A stretch of DNA of 44,272 bases. It comes from an uncultured Pseudomonadota bacterium (lineage in GTDB: Bacteria; Babelota; Babeliae; Babelales; CAZZPM01). Under the pieces are notes generated by a model. It was not told where the DNA came from, made no database searches, and saw only the letters and a program-made list of their open reading frames with translations. A program made the translations under genes and the position numbers. Location: positions 1-44,272 of the forward strand of contig CAZZPM010000002.1 of the NCBI GenBank assembly GCA_964655535.1, in the 5' to 3' direction. The first letter of the stretch is position 1. Each line of letters starts with the position of its first letter. Below are positions 44,090 to 44,272 of this stretch, piece by piece.

Positions 44090-44115
44090 ATCCATAAATA
44101 CGATAAAGGTGTAAT

Positions 44116-44272
44116 ATGTGGACAAGAACTTATAGCAAAACATTCCAAGGCTTAAAGCGCGAAGATATTTGGCGGATTTGGACGGATATTAATAACTGGC
44201 CAACATGGCATGATGATTTGGATTACTGCAAACTTGATGGTGATTTCAAGGTTGGTAATCACTTTTTCTTAA
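44116..44272 (+). CDS. SRPBCC (START/polyketide-cyclase-like) family protein, N-terminal fragment (runs off the window)
   Basis: My translation is MWTRTYSKTFQGLKREDIWRIWTDINNWPTWHDDLDYCKLDGDFKVGNHFFL. The W..i.d...Wp.W pattern is typical of SRPBCC proteins. AAGGTG lies upstream of the ATG. Confidence 0.55.
   Translation, partial: MWTRTYSKTFQGLKREDIWRIWTDINNWPTWHDDLDYCKLDGDFKVGNHFFL

Noticed and set aside
1-44272. Scan for CRISPR arrays, IS or transposase genes, integrases, toxin-antitoxin pairs and prophage genes.
   Set aside because: I saw no regularly spaced direct repeats and no transposase, integrase or phage-like ORFs. The only repeats found are the short ones reported above.

Overview
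This is an AT-rich, densely coded bacterial chromosome segment that uses the standard genetic code (TAA, TGA and TAG all act as stops).

**Left third (1-16.5 kb), accessory-looking:**
- A truncated comM/yifB.
- A signal-peptide plus transmembrane-anchored AAA+ ATPase.
- An orphan AAA-ATPase_like / PD-(D/E)XK nuclease-fold protein.
- A two-armed sugar cluster. One arm holds three GT4 glycosyltransferases, ugd, an AsnB-type amidotransferase and a SAM methyltransferase. The convergent arm holds a UDP-galactopyranose-mutase-like flavoprotein, a WbpP/TviC-type epimerase and uppP.
- Two small orphan secreted or membrane ORFs.

**Remainder, minus-strand housekeeping core:**
- A giant MscK/MscM-like channel, then RecO-like, holA-like and LptE-like ORFs, then rph, pnp and rpsO.
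- tRNA-Val, rpoC, rpoB, rplL, rplJ, rplA, rplK, nusG, secE, tRNA-Trp and rpmG.
- A Thr/Thr/Gly/Tyr tRNA cluster.
- tsaE, a YacP/NYN protein, an LptF/G-like permease, a DUF502 protein and glmM.
- On the plus strand: rpsB, tRNA-Ser and a partial SRPBCC gene.

I found no CRISPR array, IS element, integrase or rRNA.

**Most notable observations:**
- A roughly 60-aa insertion with four cysteine pairs (a putative double zinc ribbon) in the N-terminal part of RpoB.
- An ATAD3/BCS1-style membrane-anchored AAA+ protein with an exported N-terminal domain.
- A glycan cluster that predicts amidated or methylated uronic acid plus galactofuranose chemistry, yet has no flippase, polymerase or priming transferase.
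- Two GC-enriched, hairpin-rich non-coding stretches next to tRNA genes (37988-38274 and 43788-44115) that no annotated feature explains.

The Lpt-type genes suggest a diderm. The AT richness, compact operons and eukaryote-like proteins suggest a reduced, host-associated lineage. That lineage call is inference only.
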